From contig CAVYGN010000001.1 of assembly GCA_963768055.1 (NCBI GenBank), positions 1,344,001 through 1,408,000 of the forward strand: DNA of 64,000 bases, written 5' to 3'. Positions 9,365 to 18,833 of this stretch are shown piece after piece. The notes beneath the pieces were generated by a model, which saw nothing but the letters and a program-made list of their open reading frames with translations, made no database searches and was not told the origin of the DNA. Position 1 is the stretch's first letter. Every line of letters begins with the position of its first letter. The position numbers and the translations under genes were made by a program. The stretch is from an uncultured Spirochaetota bacterium. Lineage in GTDB: Bacteria; Spirochaetota; Brevinematia; Brevinematales; JAOACQ01.

Positions 9365-10360
9365 TCAGTGTATAAGATTTTTAATTAAAACATAGAAAAC
9401 GGCGGATAATCCGGCTGAACATGGCATCGTTAATATCCAGGCCCATCCGATTTTCCCGGCAACCTGCCACCTCACAGCCGTAAAACGGTGAAGGGTGCCG
9501 ATACCCATTATCGACCCCGTAATTGTCTGCGTGGTGCTGACCGGGATCCCGAGAAGCGTCGAGGTAAAAAGGGATATAGCGGCGCCCACTTCTGCGCAAA
9601 AGCCGTCGACGGGGCGGAGCTTCACGACTTTCTGCCCCATTGTTTTAACGATCCTCCATCCTCCGAATAATGTGCCCAGGCTTATGGAAAGGTTGCAGAC
9701 AATGACTATCCACAATGGAATGTAGAATTTTCCGCCCAGCATGCCGGCGCTGAAAAGAAGCCCGGCAATTATTCCCATTGTTTTTTGCGCGTCATTGCCT
9801 CCATGCCCGATACTGTAAAGTGCCGCTGAAAACAGCTGTCCTCTGCGGAAAAAATTATCGACCTTCAGAGGATTCGTTTTTCTGAAAATCCAATAAACCA
9901 CTATACCTATTACTATTCCCATTACCATACCGAAAACAGGAGAGATGAATATGAATATTACTGTTTTTATTATTCCCCCCCATATAAGCGGGTGAAACGA
10001 ACCTGTTTTTATAACCGCCGAGCCGATCAAACTTCCAATCAGCGCATGAGAAGAACTTGACGGTATCCCCATATACCATGTTATGAGGTTCCAGATGATC
10101 GCTCCAAGAAGAGTGGCGAAGACAAGATTAGAGTCGACGATCGAAATGTCGATAATACCCTTGCCTATAGTGCCTGCTACGCTTACCCCGAAAAAAAGAA
10201 AAGCTATAAAATTAAAAACAGCCGCCCAGATGACGGCATACTTCGGGGATAAGACCCTTGTCGAAACAATTGTGGCTACCGAATTGGCGGAATCATGAAA
10301 CCCGTTAATGAAATCAAAGACAAGGGCCAGGCACACAAGAAACAAAACATAGAATTCCAT
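9365..10360 (-). CDS. pit: Inorganic phosphate transporter, PiT family
   Basis: NGFHDSANSVAT and HGGNDAQK signatures; multi-TM. Confidence 0.9.
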   Translation of the reverse strand: MEFYVLFLVCLALVFDFINGFHDSANSVATIVSTRVLSPKYAVIWAAVFNFIAFLFFGVSVAGTIGKGIIDISIVDSNLVFATLLGAIIWNLITWYMGIPSSSSHALIGSLIGSAVIKTGSFHPLIWGGIIKTVIFIFISPVFGMVMGIVIGIVVYWIFRKTNPLKVDNFFRRGQLFSAALYSIGHGGNDAQKTMGIIAGLLFSAGMLGGKFYIPLWIVIVCNLSISLGTLFGGWRIVKTMGQKVVKLRPVDGFCAEVGAAISLFTSTLLGIPVSTTQTITGSIMGIGTLHRFTAVRWQVAGKIGWAWILTMPCSAGLSAVFYVLIKNLIH

Positions 10361-10362
10361 TA

Positions 10363-10989
10363 CTATCCCTGCTTAACAAGTATAGTCTCGATAACATTCG
10401 CCACGTCTTCGCATATGTCGAGGACAGTTTCCATTCCTTCGAATATCTCTTTCGATTTAATAAAAAATATCGGTTCCGGATTGCTATCCAGCAGTTTGCC
10501 GACAAGAGCGTCTTTCAACTGGTCTCCAAGATTTTCAAGCTTGTTGACCTCGATGCAGCTATCCATAATCGGCCTCACATTTTTCGGCTTTCTCAGGCAG
10601 TTCAACCCCTTTTCTATTGCCGTTATCGCCTGTTCGATATATTCGGCAAAAAGCATGAGGCTCGGGTCGATTTCATTAATCTTGTAAAGATTTATCCTTT
10701 TTGATATGGAATATATCATATCGACAATATTATCAAGTTCCTGAGCAAGCTGGTGTATGTCTTCCCTGTCAAAAGGCGTTATAAAGGTACGGTTAAGAAG
10801 CTCTATGATATCATGGGTATTCACATCGCATTCGTGCTCAAAATCATGCATTTTGAGCACGCTGACGTCGTTAAAATTACTGTTCCCGATCTGCTCTTTG
10901 AAATAAATCGATGCGTTGTAAATTGCTTTTGCCTGCTTATCGAAAAGGTCGAAAAACTTTTCTTCCTTAGGAAAGAACCCGAAAGCCAT
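10363..10989 (-). CDS. DUF47 / PhoU-like phosphate transport regulator
   Basis: EHECD and TFITPFDREDI motifs; directly upstream of pit. Confidence 0.9.
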   Translation of the reverse strand: MAFGFFPKEEKFFDLFDKQAKAIYNASIYFKEQIGNSNFNDVSVLKMHDFEHECDVNTHDIIELLNRTFITPFDREDIHQLAQELDNIVDMIYSISKRINLYKINEIDPSLMLFAEYIEQAITAIEKGLNCLRKPKNVRPIMDSCIEVNKLENLGDQLKDALVGKLLDSNPEPIFFIKSKEIFEGMETVLDICEDVANVIETILVKQG

Positions 10990-11243
10990 AATATTCCCTC
11001 ACAGGATAAATTTCATTAAGACCTAATATATTAAAAAGGCCCCGCTAAATCTTCAACAATCCGATCGAAAGACTTTGATGAAGTTTCATTTTTTCACCCT
11101 CCGGGTGAACCTTAGTTATTTAACGGATTCAGGTATTGCTTTATTCTACATAATTTTACACATGTTGACATTTATAAAAAAATAAAATAATATATATTGA
11201 TTTCCGGGTATTGAGGGTTTTATCCTTTATAAGGAGAAATAGT

Positions 11244-12692
11244 ATGGTCGGAAAAATTACTCTGGGTGTTTTACTTGGCGCTTTAGTCTTATGTTATGCC
11301 GGTTGTGCCGGGAGCGGGGCAGGCAAACCTGAAAATTCAAAGAAGAACCTGAACCTTGCTTTGAATAAAAAAGCCGTAGCCTCCTCCTTCGAATCGGCGA
11401 ACCAGTACAGCGACAACAAAGACCTTGTCGCCGCTAATGCCGTGGATGGAGACCCTACAACCCGCTGGGGTTCGGATTGGAGACGTGATCATGATCCGAA
11501 CGTCGCCTGGATATACGTCGACCTCGGCGCCAGCATGCCCTTCCGGGAAGTTAAAATCAAATGGGAACCTTCAAAAGCCCTTGATTATAATATTGAAACT
11601 TCGGACGACGCCAAAGCCTGGACTGTCGTTAAAGCAGTGACCGGCAATGTTTCCGCGGATAACGATATAATCCTGGATAAGCCAGTTACAGCCCGTTATG
11701 TTAAGATAAATTGCATAAAGCGTTCAACGCAGTACGGGTATTCGATATATGAAATCGGGATTTACCTTGAAAAAAATAGCGGGGAAGCTTTCGGACAGGT
11801 TCAAATTTCTCAAAGTCAAGTAAAATATAAGAACGGGAAATTTTTAGGCAATGTCCTCGATATGGGTTCTACACCGCTTAAATTCGGCGCTTACTGGAAC
11901 CAGGTAACCCCGGAAAATAAGGGGAAATGGGGCGAGGTCGAAGCCAGCCCGAATAATTACCTCTGGGACTATGTTGACAACGCTTATAATTATGCAAAAT
12001 CGAGCGGCATTCTTTTCAAGATGCATAATCTTATCTGGGGGCAGCAGCAGCCTGCATGGATCTATTCACTTTCAGCCACCAATCAAACTCTTGCGATAAT
12101 AGCCTGGATCTCGAATGTCGGCGCGAGATATTCCAATATGGATTTCATCGATGTCGTTAACGAACCCATCAATACGCCTCCCGCATATGACAGTGCTATG
12201 GGCGGAAGCGGTTCGACAGGCTGGGACTGGGTCGTCTTTGCTTACAGGCAGGCAAGGAAGTATTGCAAGGGAAAACTGCTTATCAATGAGTACAACGTTG
12301 AAAACAACATCTCCGCATGCGCCAGATATACAAACATAATAACGATCCTTAAATCAAGTAATTTGATTGATGGAATAGGAATTGAGTGCCATAACTTCAG
12401 CCTCGGCGGCGATTTAACAAGCACATTATCCAATTGTCTGGGCATGATGGCGGCTACCGGCCTGCCTATCTATGTTTCGGAGATGGACCTGAGCGGCGCT
12501 ACAGACGATTTCCAGCTGTCGCTATACAAGACATATTTCCCAATTTTGTGGAATTACAAGGACATAAAGGGCATTACCCTGTGGGGATATGTTCAGGGCA
12601 AGATGTGGGAAAAAGACGAGTGGCTTATGTCTCCCGAAGGATCGGAACGCCCCGCTCTTACCTGGATTACGAATTACGCAATGACCGAATAG
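11244..12692 (+). CDS. GH10 endo-1,4-beta-xylanase lipoprotein with N-terminal CBM32 (F5/8 type C)
   Basis: Lipobox YAGC; NLALNKKAVASS..AVDGD..TRW; GH10 motifs VTPENKGKW, HNLIW, DVVNEP and IYVSEMD; RBS AAGGAG. Confidence 0.85.
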   Translation: MVGKITLGVLLGALVLCYAGCAGSGAGKPENSKKNLNLALNKKAVASSFESANQYSDNKDLVAANAVDGDPTTRWGSDWRRDHDPNVAWIYVDLGASMPFREVKIKWEPSKALDYNIETSDDAKAWTVVKAVTGNVSADNDIILDKPVTARYVKINCIKRSTQYGYSIYEIGIYLEKNSGEAFGQVQISQSQVKYKNGKFLGNVLDMGSTPLKFGAYWNQVTPENKGKWGEVEASPNNYLWDYVDNAYNYAKSSGILFKMHNLIWGQQQPAWIYSLSATNQTLAIIAWISNVGARYSNMDFIDVVNEPINTPPAYDSAMGGSGSTGWDWVVFAYRQARKYCKGKLLINEYNVENNISACARYTNIITILKSSNLIDGIGIECHNFSLGGDLTSTLSNCLGMMAATGLPIYVSEMDLSGATDDFQLSLYKTYFPILWNYKDIKGITLWGYVQGKMWEKDEWLMSPEGSERPALTWITNYAMTE

Positions 12693-12702
12693 TATCTTTT
12701 AA

Positions 12703-12730
12703 AAGTATTTGGGGCTAGCTGGAGTCGAAC
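12703..12730. repeat. 28-bp direct repeat of the tRNA-Arg 3' end (att site)
   Basis: AAGTATTTGGGGCTAGCTGGAGTCGAAC is identical to 25790-25817. Confidence 0.9.
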
Positions 12731-12756
12731 AAATTTACGCCAGGAAACCTGTTAGG

Positions 12757-13668
12757 CTATCCCTTTAGCGCCCCTTCAATTACTTTCGTTATGATCAGTC
12801 TGGATGTCAGAATAAAGACTATCAAAAGCGGCAGTACGGCAATTACCGTCGCCACCATCGAGTCTCCCTCGAATGTGTTCATGGTCTTCAGTGTCGTCAG
12901 CGCGACTGGCATGGTATAAGTTTTTCCAGAGGAAAATATAACAAGCGGCGCCAGGTAACTGTTCCAGCTTCCCAGGAAGGTGATGATCCCGAATGAACCG
13001 ATCACCGGGGCGATCAGCGGGAATACTATCTGCCAGTATATCGAAAACTCGTTTCCGCCGTCGACCCTGGCGGCGTCGACCAGGTCGATCGGTATGGACG
13101 CCTGGATGAACTGCCGCATCATGAATATCCCGAACGCGTTAGCTATGCCGGGTACATATATCGCTTTCGCGGTGTTTATCCACCCGAACGCCCTCATCAT
13201 TAAGTAGTAAGGGACAAGGCCTAAAAGGGGTGGTATCATAAGTGAAAAAAGCATAAAACCGAACATCGCATTCTTGCCCTTGAAATTATACATTGCAAAC
13301 CCGTATCCCCCGAGGGAGCAGAAAAATATCGAAAGGAGCGTGACCATGGAAGCTATATACACGCTGTTCCACATGTTTCTCCAGTAAGGGGTTTTAGAAA
13401 GAAGAATATGGTAATTGGCCAGGAATTGATCAACAAAGTTATGGCCTATTGTCATAGGGGGCGGATATACGAATATTTTGTCCCTCGAAAGCCCCGATAC
13501 GACAATCATATACCAGAAGGGGAAGAAGGTAATTAACGCCCAGATGATAAGCGGAAGGTACAATATGAAATATTTAAGGATTACCGTGACAGGATTCGGT
13601 TTAACCTTCAGGCTGAATCCCTTATCCTTCGCTAAAACCCTTGCCTCTATAGTATTTTTATCAGCCAT
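12757..13668 (-). CDS. Carbohydrate ABC transporter permease (MalG-like)
   Basis: EAA-type loop DLVDAARVDGG; FLGSWNSYL; C-terminal GALKG. Confidence 0.9.
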   Translation of the reverse strand: MADKNTIEARVLAKDKGFSLKVKPNPVTVILKYFILYLPLIIWALITFFPFWYMIVVSGLSRDKIFVYPPPMTIGHNFVDQFLANYHILLSKTPYWRNMWNSVYIASMVTLLSIFFCSLGGYGFAMYNFKGKNAMFGFMLFSLMIPPLLGLVPYYLMMRAFGWINTAKAIYVPGIANAFGIFMMRQFIQASIPIDLVDAARVDGGNEFSIYWQIVFPLIAPVIGSFGIITFLGSWNSYLAPLVIFSSGKTYTMPVALTTLKTMNTFEGDSMVATVIAVLPLLIVFILTSRLIITKVIEGALKG

Positions 13669-13686
13669 AATTAATTAACTCCTTTG

Positions 13687-14718
13687 TTATTTTTCAGTTA
13701 AAAATCTATTGTTGATCACCGAAAGGATTGCCATCAATGCGAACATGATGTATGACAGGGCTGCGCCTGAGCCGAAGCTCCTGTACATGAAGGCCTGTTG
13801 GTAAAGATATACTGCCATAGTGACTCCCTGGTTATAAAAAACAGCGGTCGCTTGAGGATTGGCGCCTCCAAGCAGGGCCATAGGCACGTCGAAAAGCTGA
13901 ACCTGGCCGATTATGGTAAGCGTTGTTGCAAAAAAGATTATAGGCCTTAAAAGAGGAAGAGTGATCCTGAAAAATACCTGCCACCAGCTTGCTCCGTCAA
14001 TCCTGGCTGCTTCGTAAAGATTATCCGGTATCGCCTGAAGGCCTGCAAGGTAGATGATGGAATTCCATCCGGTCCATTGCCAGATGGAAACCAGGGAGAC
14101 GCTTAACCAGGTGAAGGATTTCAGCCAGAATACCGGGTGCTCGATGGGAAAGAGATTATGGGGACCGACAATCTTGATATCGTCAAGAAACTGTAAGAAC
14201 CCGTTCAATATTCCTGTCCTTTCGCTGTAGAATACGCTGAAGATAACACTTACCGCGATAGCCGATGTTATGTAAGGCATGAAAAGGACGCCCCTGAAGA
14301 AATCCTTGAATTTAACAAATCCCTGGTTCAAAATAAAAGCGAAGAACAGGGCGATTGCATGCTGGGGAAGCGCTGTAAAAATGGCTATGCCGAAGGTGTT
14401 GACGAAGGATGTCCAGAAAAGGCTGTCTTTCGGAGCCATGTAGATCAGGTGAAAATTCTTGGCCTGGTCGTACCAGAATACATGAAATTCGTCGAAGCCG
14501 ACCAGGTTTATATAATTTGTCAATCCTACAAAGGTCATAGGCTGGTTGCCGACGCCGTTCCACCGGGATATGCTTAATATAAATGAATATATAACCGGAA
14601 ATGTCGAGAAGATCAGGAATGATATAAAAAAAGGAGCAATAAAGACGTAAGGTGTCGCTTTTCTGGAGAATGCGCTCCAGCCGCCGCTTCTAAGAACAGC
14701 CTGGTTTTTCTGTGCCAT
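13687..14718 (-). CDS. Carbohydrate ABC transporter permease (MalF-like)
   Basis: LYEAARIDGAS EAA loop; FVGLTNY. Confidence 0.9.
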   Translation of the reverse strand: MAQKNQAVLRSGGWSAFSRKATPYVFIAPFFISFLIFSTFPVIYSFILSISRWNGVGNQPMTFVGLTNYINLVGFDEFHVFWYDQAKNFHLIYMAPKDSLFWTSFVNTFGIAIFTALPQHAIALFFAFILNQGFVKFKDFFRGVLFMPYITSAIAVSVIFSVFYSERTGILNGFLQFLDDIKIVGPHNLFPIEHPVFWLKSFTWLSVSLVSIWQWTGWNSIIYLAGLQAIPDNLYEAARIDGASWWQVFFRITLPLLRPIIFFATTLTIIGQVQLFDVPMALLGGANPQATAVFYNQGVTMAVYLYQQAFMYRSFGSGAALSYIMFALMAILSVINNRFLTEK

Positions 14719-14746
14719 TTTAATGTCCTCCGAGTAAATATTAAAG

Positions 14747-14777
14747 GAGGTTTGCGGGTTTTAAGCCCGCAAACCTC
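14747..14777. terminator. Stem-loop between the solute-binding and permease genes
   Basis: GAGGTTTGCGGG-N7-CCCGCAAACCTC perfect 12-bp inverted repeat. Confidence 0.6.
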
Positions 14778-14801
14778 AGGTGAATATTATTCAAACCAAA
14801 A

Positions 14802-16106
14802 TTACTGGCTCATCTTTGTAGTGAGATCTTTCTGCGCTGTTGCAAGAGCGGTATTAAGATCTTTCTTGCCGTCAAGGTAATCATACACAGCCGAAGCTAT
14901 TACACCGGCAGCTATGCTGTCCTTGGGATTGACGTATACTTCGGGAATGGCCTTTGCAACTTCGATCCAGATCAATTTGGCTTTCTGTCCGCCCAGGAAG
15001 CTTACGCCGGTTGACATCGAAGGGTCGGTCCATGAAGGTTTATAAGAAGGAAAATCATGAGCCTTGTCGAAAGCTGCGAGCTGCGATTTTACCTGGGTTG
15101 CAGCAAATTTGATAAATTCCCAGGCTGCGGATTTGTTGACGTCGGGTATCTGCGAGGGTATTGTAAGGAAGGTTCCGCCGTCGGACATCATCATGGGTTT
15201 CTCGCCTTTTGCCAAAGCAGGCAGCAGTCCTATCCTGTAATTGCCCTTCTGGTCAGGGGCCCACTGCTCTTCAAGATAAGACGTAGTCCATGCTCCTCCG
15301 GGTATGAAAGCGGCTGTCCCTGAAGCCCACATTGCGAACCATTCGTTGGACCAGTCGTTTAGTTTCGCGTCAAGGCCGGCGTCTCTGAATTTTTTGGCCC
15401 ACATAAATGCGTTCCTGATCCTGGGAGTGTCAAGGGCCGGCTGGCCGGATTTATCGAAATATCTCTGTTTATCGGAGAAGAAGATCATTTTGAATATTAG
15501 ATATGCATGAGAAACGAGCCAGTGATCGACTTTACCGTCTTTTTGAGAATCAAATGTAAGTTTTTTACCCGCGTTTAAAAGATCATCCATTGTCTTGATG
15601 CTTTTTTCATAATTGATCTTTTTCAGGTCCCATGTCGGTTTATAAAGAAACGCTGTTGCAGGCCCGATATCGACCGGGAAGGCGAACAGTTCCGTAGGGC
15701 TGGTGGAACCCTGCGCCCAGCTGTAACCAGGTTCATCCTTTTTAAATTCGCCGGCATTATAGGGGGCTTTTAGAAGGTTATCAAAACCTCCGCCCGCGCC
15801 CAGTTCCGATACATAAACGTAATCGATAGCTGCGACGTCCGGGGCTCCCTGGCCTGCAGCTATTACAGTAATAAGGTTGTTATGATGGTCATTATACCCA
15901 AGTTTCTTGATCTCGACGGAGATATTGGGGTATTTAGCCTGGAAATCCGGTAAAAATGCCGAAAAAGCGACATCGAGCTGGGGGAAAACGGCTACTACTA
16001 TGCTGACTTTCTCGTTGTTATACGGTTTTGGCGCCGTATAAGAAACACTAATGGAAGAAAGTATAGCAGCCAGAGTAAACACTGCTAAAAGACTGAATTT
16101 TATCAT
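14802..16106 (-). CDS. ABC sugar extracellular solute-binding protein
   Basis: Signal peptide; FQAKYPNISVE and AAGQGAPDV; RBS GGAGAGG; adjacent to permeases. Confidence 0.9.
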   Translation of the reverse strand: MIKFSLLAVFTLAAILSSISVSYTAPKPYNNEKVSIVVAVFPQLDVAFSAFLPDFQAKYPNISVEIKKLGYNDHHNNLITVIAAGQGAPDVAAIDYVYVSELGAGGGFDNLLKAPYNAGEFKKDEPGYSWAQGSTSPTELFAFPVDIGPATAFLYKPTWDLKKINYEKSIKTMDDLLNAGKKLTFDSQKDGKVDHWLVSHAYLIFKMIFFSDKQRYFDKSGQPALDTPRIRNAFMWAKKFRDAGLDAKLNDWSNEWFAMWASGTAAFIPGGAWTTSYLEEQWAPDQKGNYRIGLLPALAKGEKPMMMSDGGTFLTIPSQIPDVNKSAAWEFIKFAATQVKSQLAAFDKAHDFPSYKPSWTDPSMSTGVSFLGGQKAKLIWIEVAKAIPEVYVNPKDSIAAGVIASAVYDYLDGKKDLNTALATAQKDLTTKMSQ

Positions 16107-16323
16107 ATTACCTCTCCTCATATAAATTTTCAAACTTTATTCAAACACTGCATTATGCGGTAAAAACCGGTTTAAGTTTAAACCCTATTATAATGATCCT
16201 CCTGTCATATTATCCAAATTTTCCTTTTTAGCCCGTCGGCCATTGCCAATCTATTCTGTTCGATCTCAAAGCCAAAAATACTGAATAAACAGTTCTCTAA
16301 CTTGACCAATTATCTTTATTACT

Positions 16324-16974
16324 TTACTGCGCTTTCAATACGACGACATTGTCTATGGTAACCGATTTTGTGGAAAGACCAACGTTGAAATCCAACCGGG
16401 CTTTGTCATCCGTATAAGTGGGCATGGTAAATGTAAAGGAATAGGTTTTCATTTCTTTTGTCAGATTGAAAATCTGATCGCCTGAATACGCCATCCAGGG
16501 GGGGCCCACAAGGCCGATCCTGCAAACAATAGTCCTGGGCTCTTCAGCGCTGGCGTCAAAACTAACCGTGTATGTTTTCCCTTTTTCTATCAGTAGCGGC
16601 AGCTGTGATAACTGAACTCCATAAGTCTGATTTCCGGGCGAAAATATCTTGACCTTGCAGCCTTCATTAACAATGTCGGCTTCACCATTGCCGTTCGCAC
16701 CGACAAGTACATGCCAATAGCCGATGTTCGAGAGATCCTCGATCAGACTCATTGAAACCCTGTCGTAGTTGGGAAATTTCTTGATTTCACTCAAATCAAA
16801 AGTCCCGTTTTTAATGAGATTACCCTTAATCTCACTACTCGCAACCACTTTTTTCGCAGGTTTATCCGACTTTACAGCACCGTCTTTCATGGTTGATCCG
16901 GTACACGCGGCGTATAAACTGATCGCCAGGATAACTGATACCATCAAACCTAAGTTCTTGAATGTCTTCATCAT
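16324..16974 (-). CDS. CBM4/9 carbohydrate-binding lipoprotein
   Basis: Lipobox YAAC; NLIKNGTF, GKTYTVSFDA and IDNV. Confidence 0.75.
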   Translation of the reverse strand: MMKTFKNLGLMVSVILAISLYAACTGSTMKDGAVKSDKPAKKVVASSEIKGNLIKNGTFDLSEIKKFPNYDRVSMSLIEDLSNIGYWHVLVGANGNGEADIVNEGCKVKIFSPGNQTYGVQLSQLPLLIEKGKTYTVSFDASAEEPRTIVCRIGLVGPPWMAYSGDQIFNLTKEMKTYSFTFTMPTYTDDKARLDFNVGLSTKSVTIDNVVVLKAQ

Positions 16975-17280
16975 ATCCTCCTAAATATAAATTTGTATTT
17001 CAATAATATAGCTTTATTCGGAATTTTTCCCCCTACTCCGACAAAGATCTTGAGTCATCTTATCTTACCGAGGATAATAACAAATAACTCTTGCAATACC
17101 GCAAACACATCAAAATCCATTGTAAGCCGTGATTTCGACTTTCACCCATAGGTGCCCCTACATATTCTTTTACTTATAATGAATTATACCATCTGGGAAA
17201 TACGGGATAAATGTTGTACAATCAAGCCCGGCATAACGCCGGGCATTATTTCAATTTTTATAGGAGGCTGTTATTTACGA

Positions 17281-18729
17281 TTATTTTTTCACCACTTTGA
17301 CAGAATAATTAGAGATTATAGTTTCTCCGGAGCCGATAGCTACCTCTGTCCCGAGTTCAACAGTACAGACATAATCCTTCGGGTCAATAATCTTCTTATC
17401 AAAGAGGTATTTGAAGTAGGGGGTAAAGTCGAATCCGGACGATTTGTTTATCTTTGTCCTGGGCAGAAAAGCGGCATAAATCCAGTAATGGTCTGAACCC
17501 CCGGCGGTCGGGTAAAGATAAAAATCAAAAGTTGTACCGTTGGCGTTTATTGAACCCACAGGGGACATACCCCAGGGAATGTTGTTTGTACTGTCCAGCC
17601 ATACCATGATCTCGCAGGTAATATCTTTGGATGTGAATTTTGAAGGGGAACTGGTGTTGGAGATAACCCAGAGATCGTATGCTATGTCATAACTCAAGTA
17701 GTTAGAAACAGGCGCCTCTGTCTGGGAAATATCAAATGTCGAAATTATTTTTTTATCTCCTGCCCTGAAAGGGAATTCCTTCGGGTGGTCTGCCGAAGGC
17801 GCCCATGGGCTGTCGCCGACAGATATCTCGGGGTATGTCAGTGTAGTGGTAGTATTGACATTATTCCAATACCATGCCCAGCCGAAGAAGTATGCTCCGT
17901 TTGTTCCTTCATAGATATACTGGTAGTGCGGATCGGGAGCAACGCTTATATTCCATCCATTATTCTGGACAGTGTACCGGCCAGAGACCTTAAAAGACGC
18001 GTTATTGACATACGAGAAATTTGTGACACCTGTGGGAAGTACGGGGGGGGCAAGTGTAATGTTTGATGCAGAAGCGGATGAAGCCGAGGTGTCCGCAACA
18101 AGCGCTTCGGGCTTTGGGCCTACGCTTTCCATTACAGATGGCCTGGTAATATAAACTGTTGTTTTATCTTTACCTACGCTGATCTCAAAACGGGCGTTCG
18201 GATCGGTACCGGCAGCTATGAAAGTGTAGGAATATGTCTTCCAATCCGTTGTTATGTCGATGTGTTTTTCGGATGAGTAAGCGGTCCAGGGAGCTCCAAC
18301 TTTGCTGATTTTTGAGACTATAGATCTGGGTGCATCAGCCTTCAAGTCAAAAGAAACCGTATACTTTTTACCCAGTTTCATATTGATGGGAATCTGAAGG
18401 AGTTGAATTGCATAGACTTCTTTTCCGGGGTTTGATATTTCTATTTTAACAATGCCATTATCCACAGAGCATTCCGCTGCTCCGCCAGCTCCACCGCCTC
18501 CTACCATCAACTGCCAGTAACCATTCTTTGCAACATCATTAATAAGTTCCTGGGTTGGGCTGTCGTAATGACTGTACTTTTTAATAGTTTTCATCTGGAA
18601 ATTACAATTCTTGAGTAACTCTAATCCCAGATTTTCACTTTTTGTCTCACAAGAAGAAAATAAAGTCATACCTGCGAGAATCATTAAAACAACCAGAAAA
18701 TTAACCATTTTCATAATTTCATCCTCCAT
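17281..18729 (-). CDS. CBM4/9 + GH12-like endoglucanase lipoprotein
   Basis: Lipobox FSSC; CBM4-like N-terminus; Ser/Ala linker; GH12-like DIAYDLW, EIMVWL and ELGTE. Confidence 0.7.
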   Translation of the reverse strand: MEDEIMKMVNFLVVLMILAGMTLFSSCETKSENLGLELLKNCNFQMKTIKKYSHYDSPTQELINDVAKNGYWQLMVGGGGAGGAAECSVDNGIVKIEISNPGKEVYAIQLLQIPINMKLGKKYTVSFDLKADAPRSIVSKISKVGAPWTAYSSEKHIDITTDWKTYSYTFIAAGTDPNARFEISVGKDKTTVYITRPSVMESVGPKPEALVADTSASSASASNITLAPPVLPTGVTNFSYVNNASFKVSGRYTVQNNGWNISVAPDPHYQYIYEGTNGAYFFGWAWYWNNVNTTTTLTYPEISVGDSPWAPSADHPKEFPFRAGDKKIISTFDISQTEAPVSNYLSYDIAYDLWVISNTSSPSKFTSKDITCEIMVWLDSTNNIPWGMSPVGSINANGTTFDFYLYPTAGGSDHYWIYAAFLPRTKINKSSGFDFTPYFKYLFDKKIIDPKDYVCTVELGTEVAIGSGETIISNYSVKVVKK

Positions 18730-18796
18730 AATAATTTTCCTTATGAAAAGGAACTGTTTTATTATAAGACTAAAGAGGATACAATTGAAGAGCCAT

Positions 18797-18830
18797 GAGT
18801 ATGGATTTTAGACAATCCCCAGGTATGGTA
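18797..18830 (-). promoter_or_regulatory. Candidate activator operator, copy 1 (upstream of the CBM4-GH12 gene)
   Basis: GTATGGATTTTAGACAATCCCCAGGTATGG; AGACAA lies 49 bp from a minus-strand TATAAT (18761-18766). Confidence 0.6.
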
Positions 18831-18833
18831 TGT

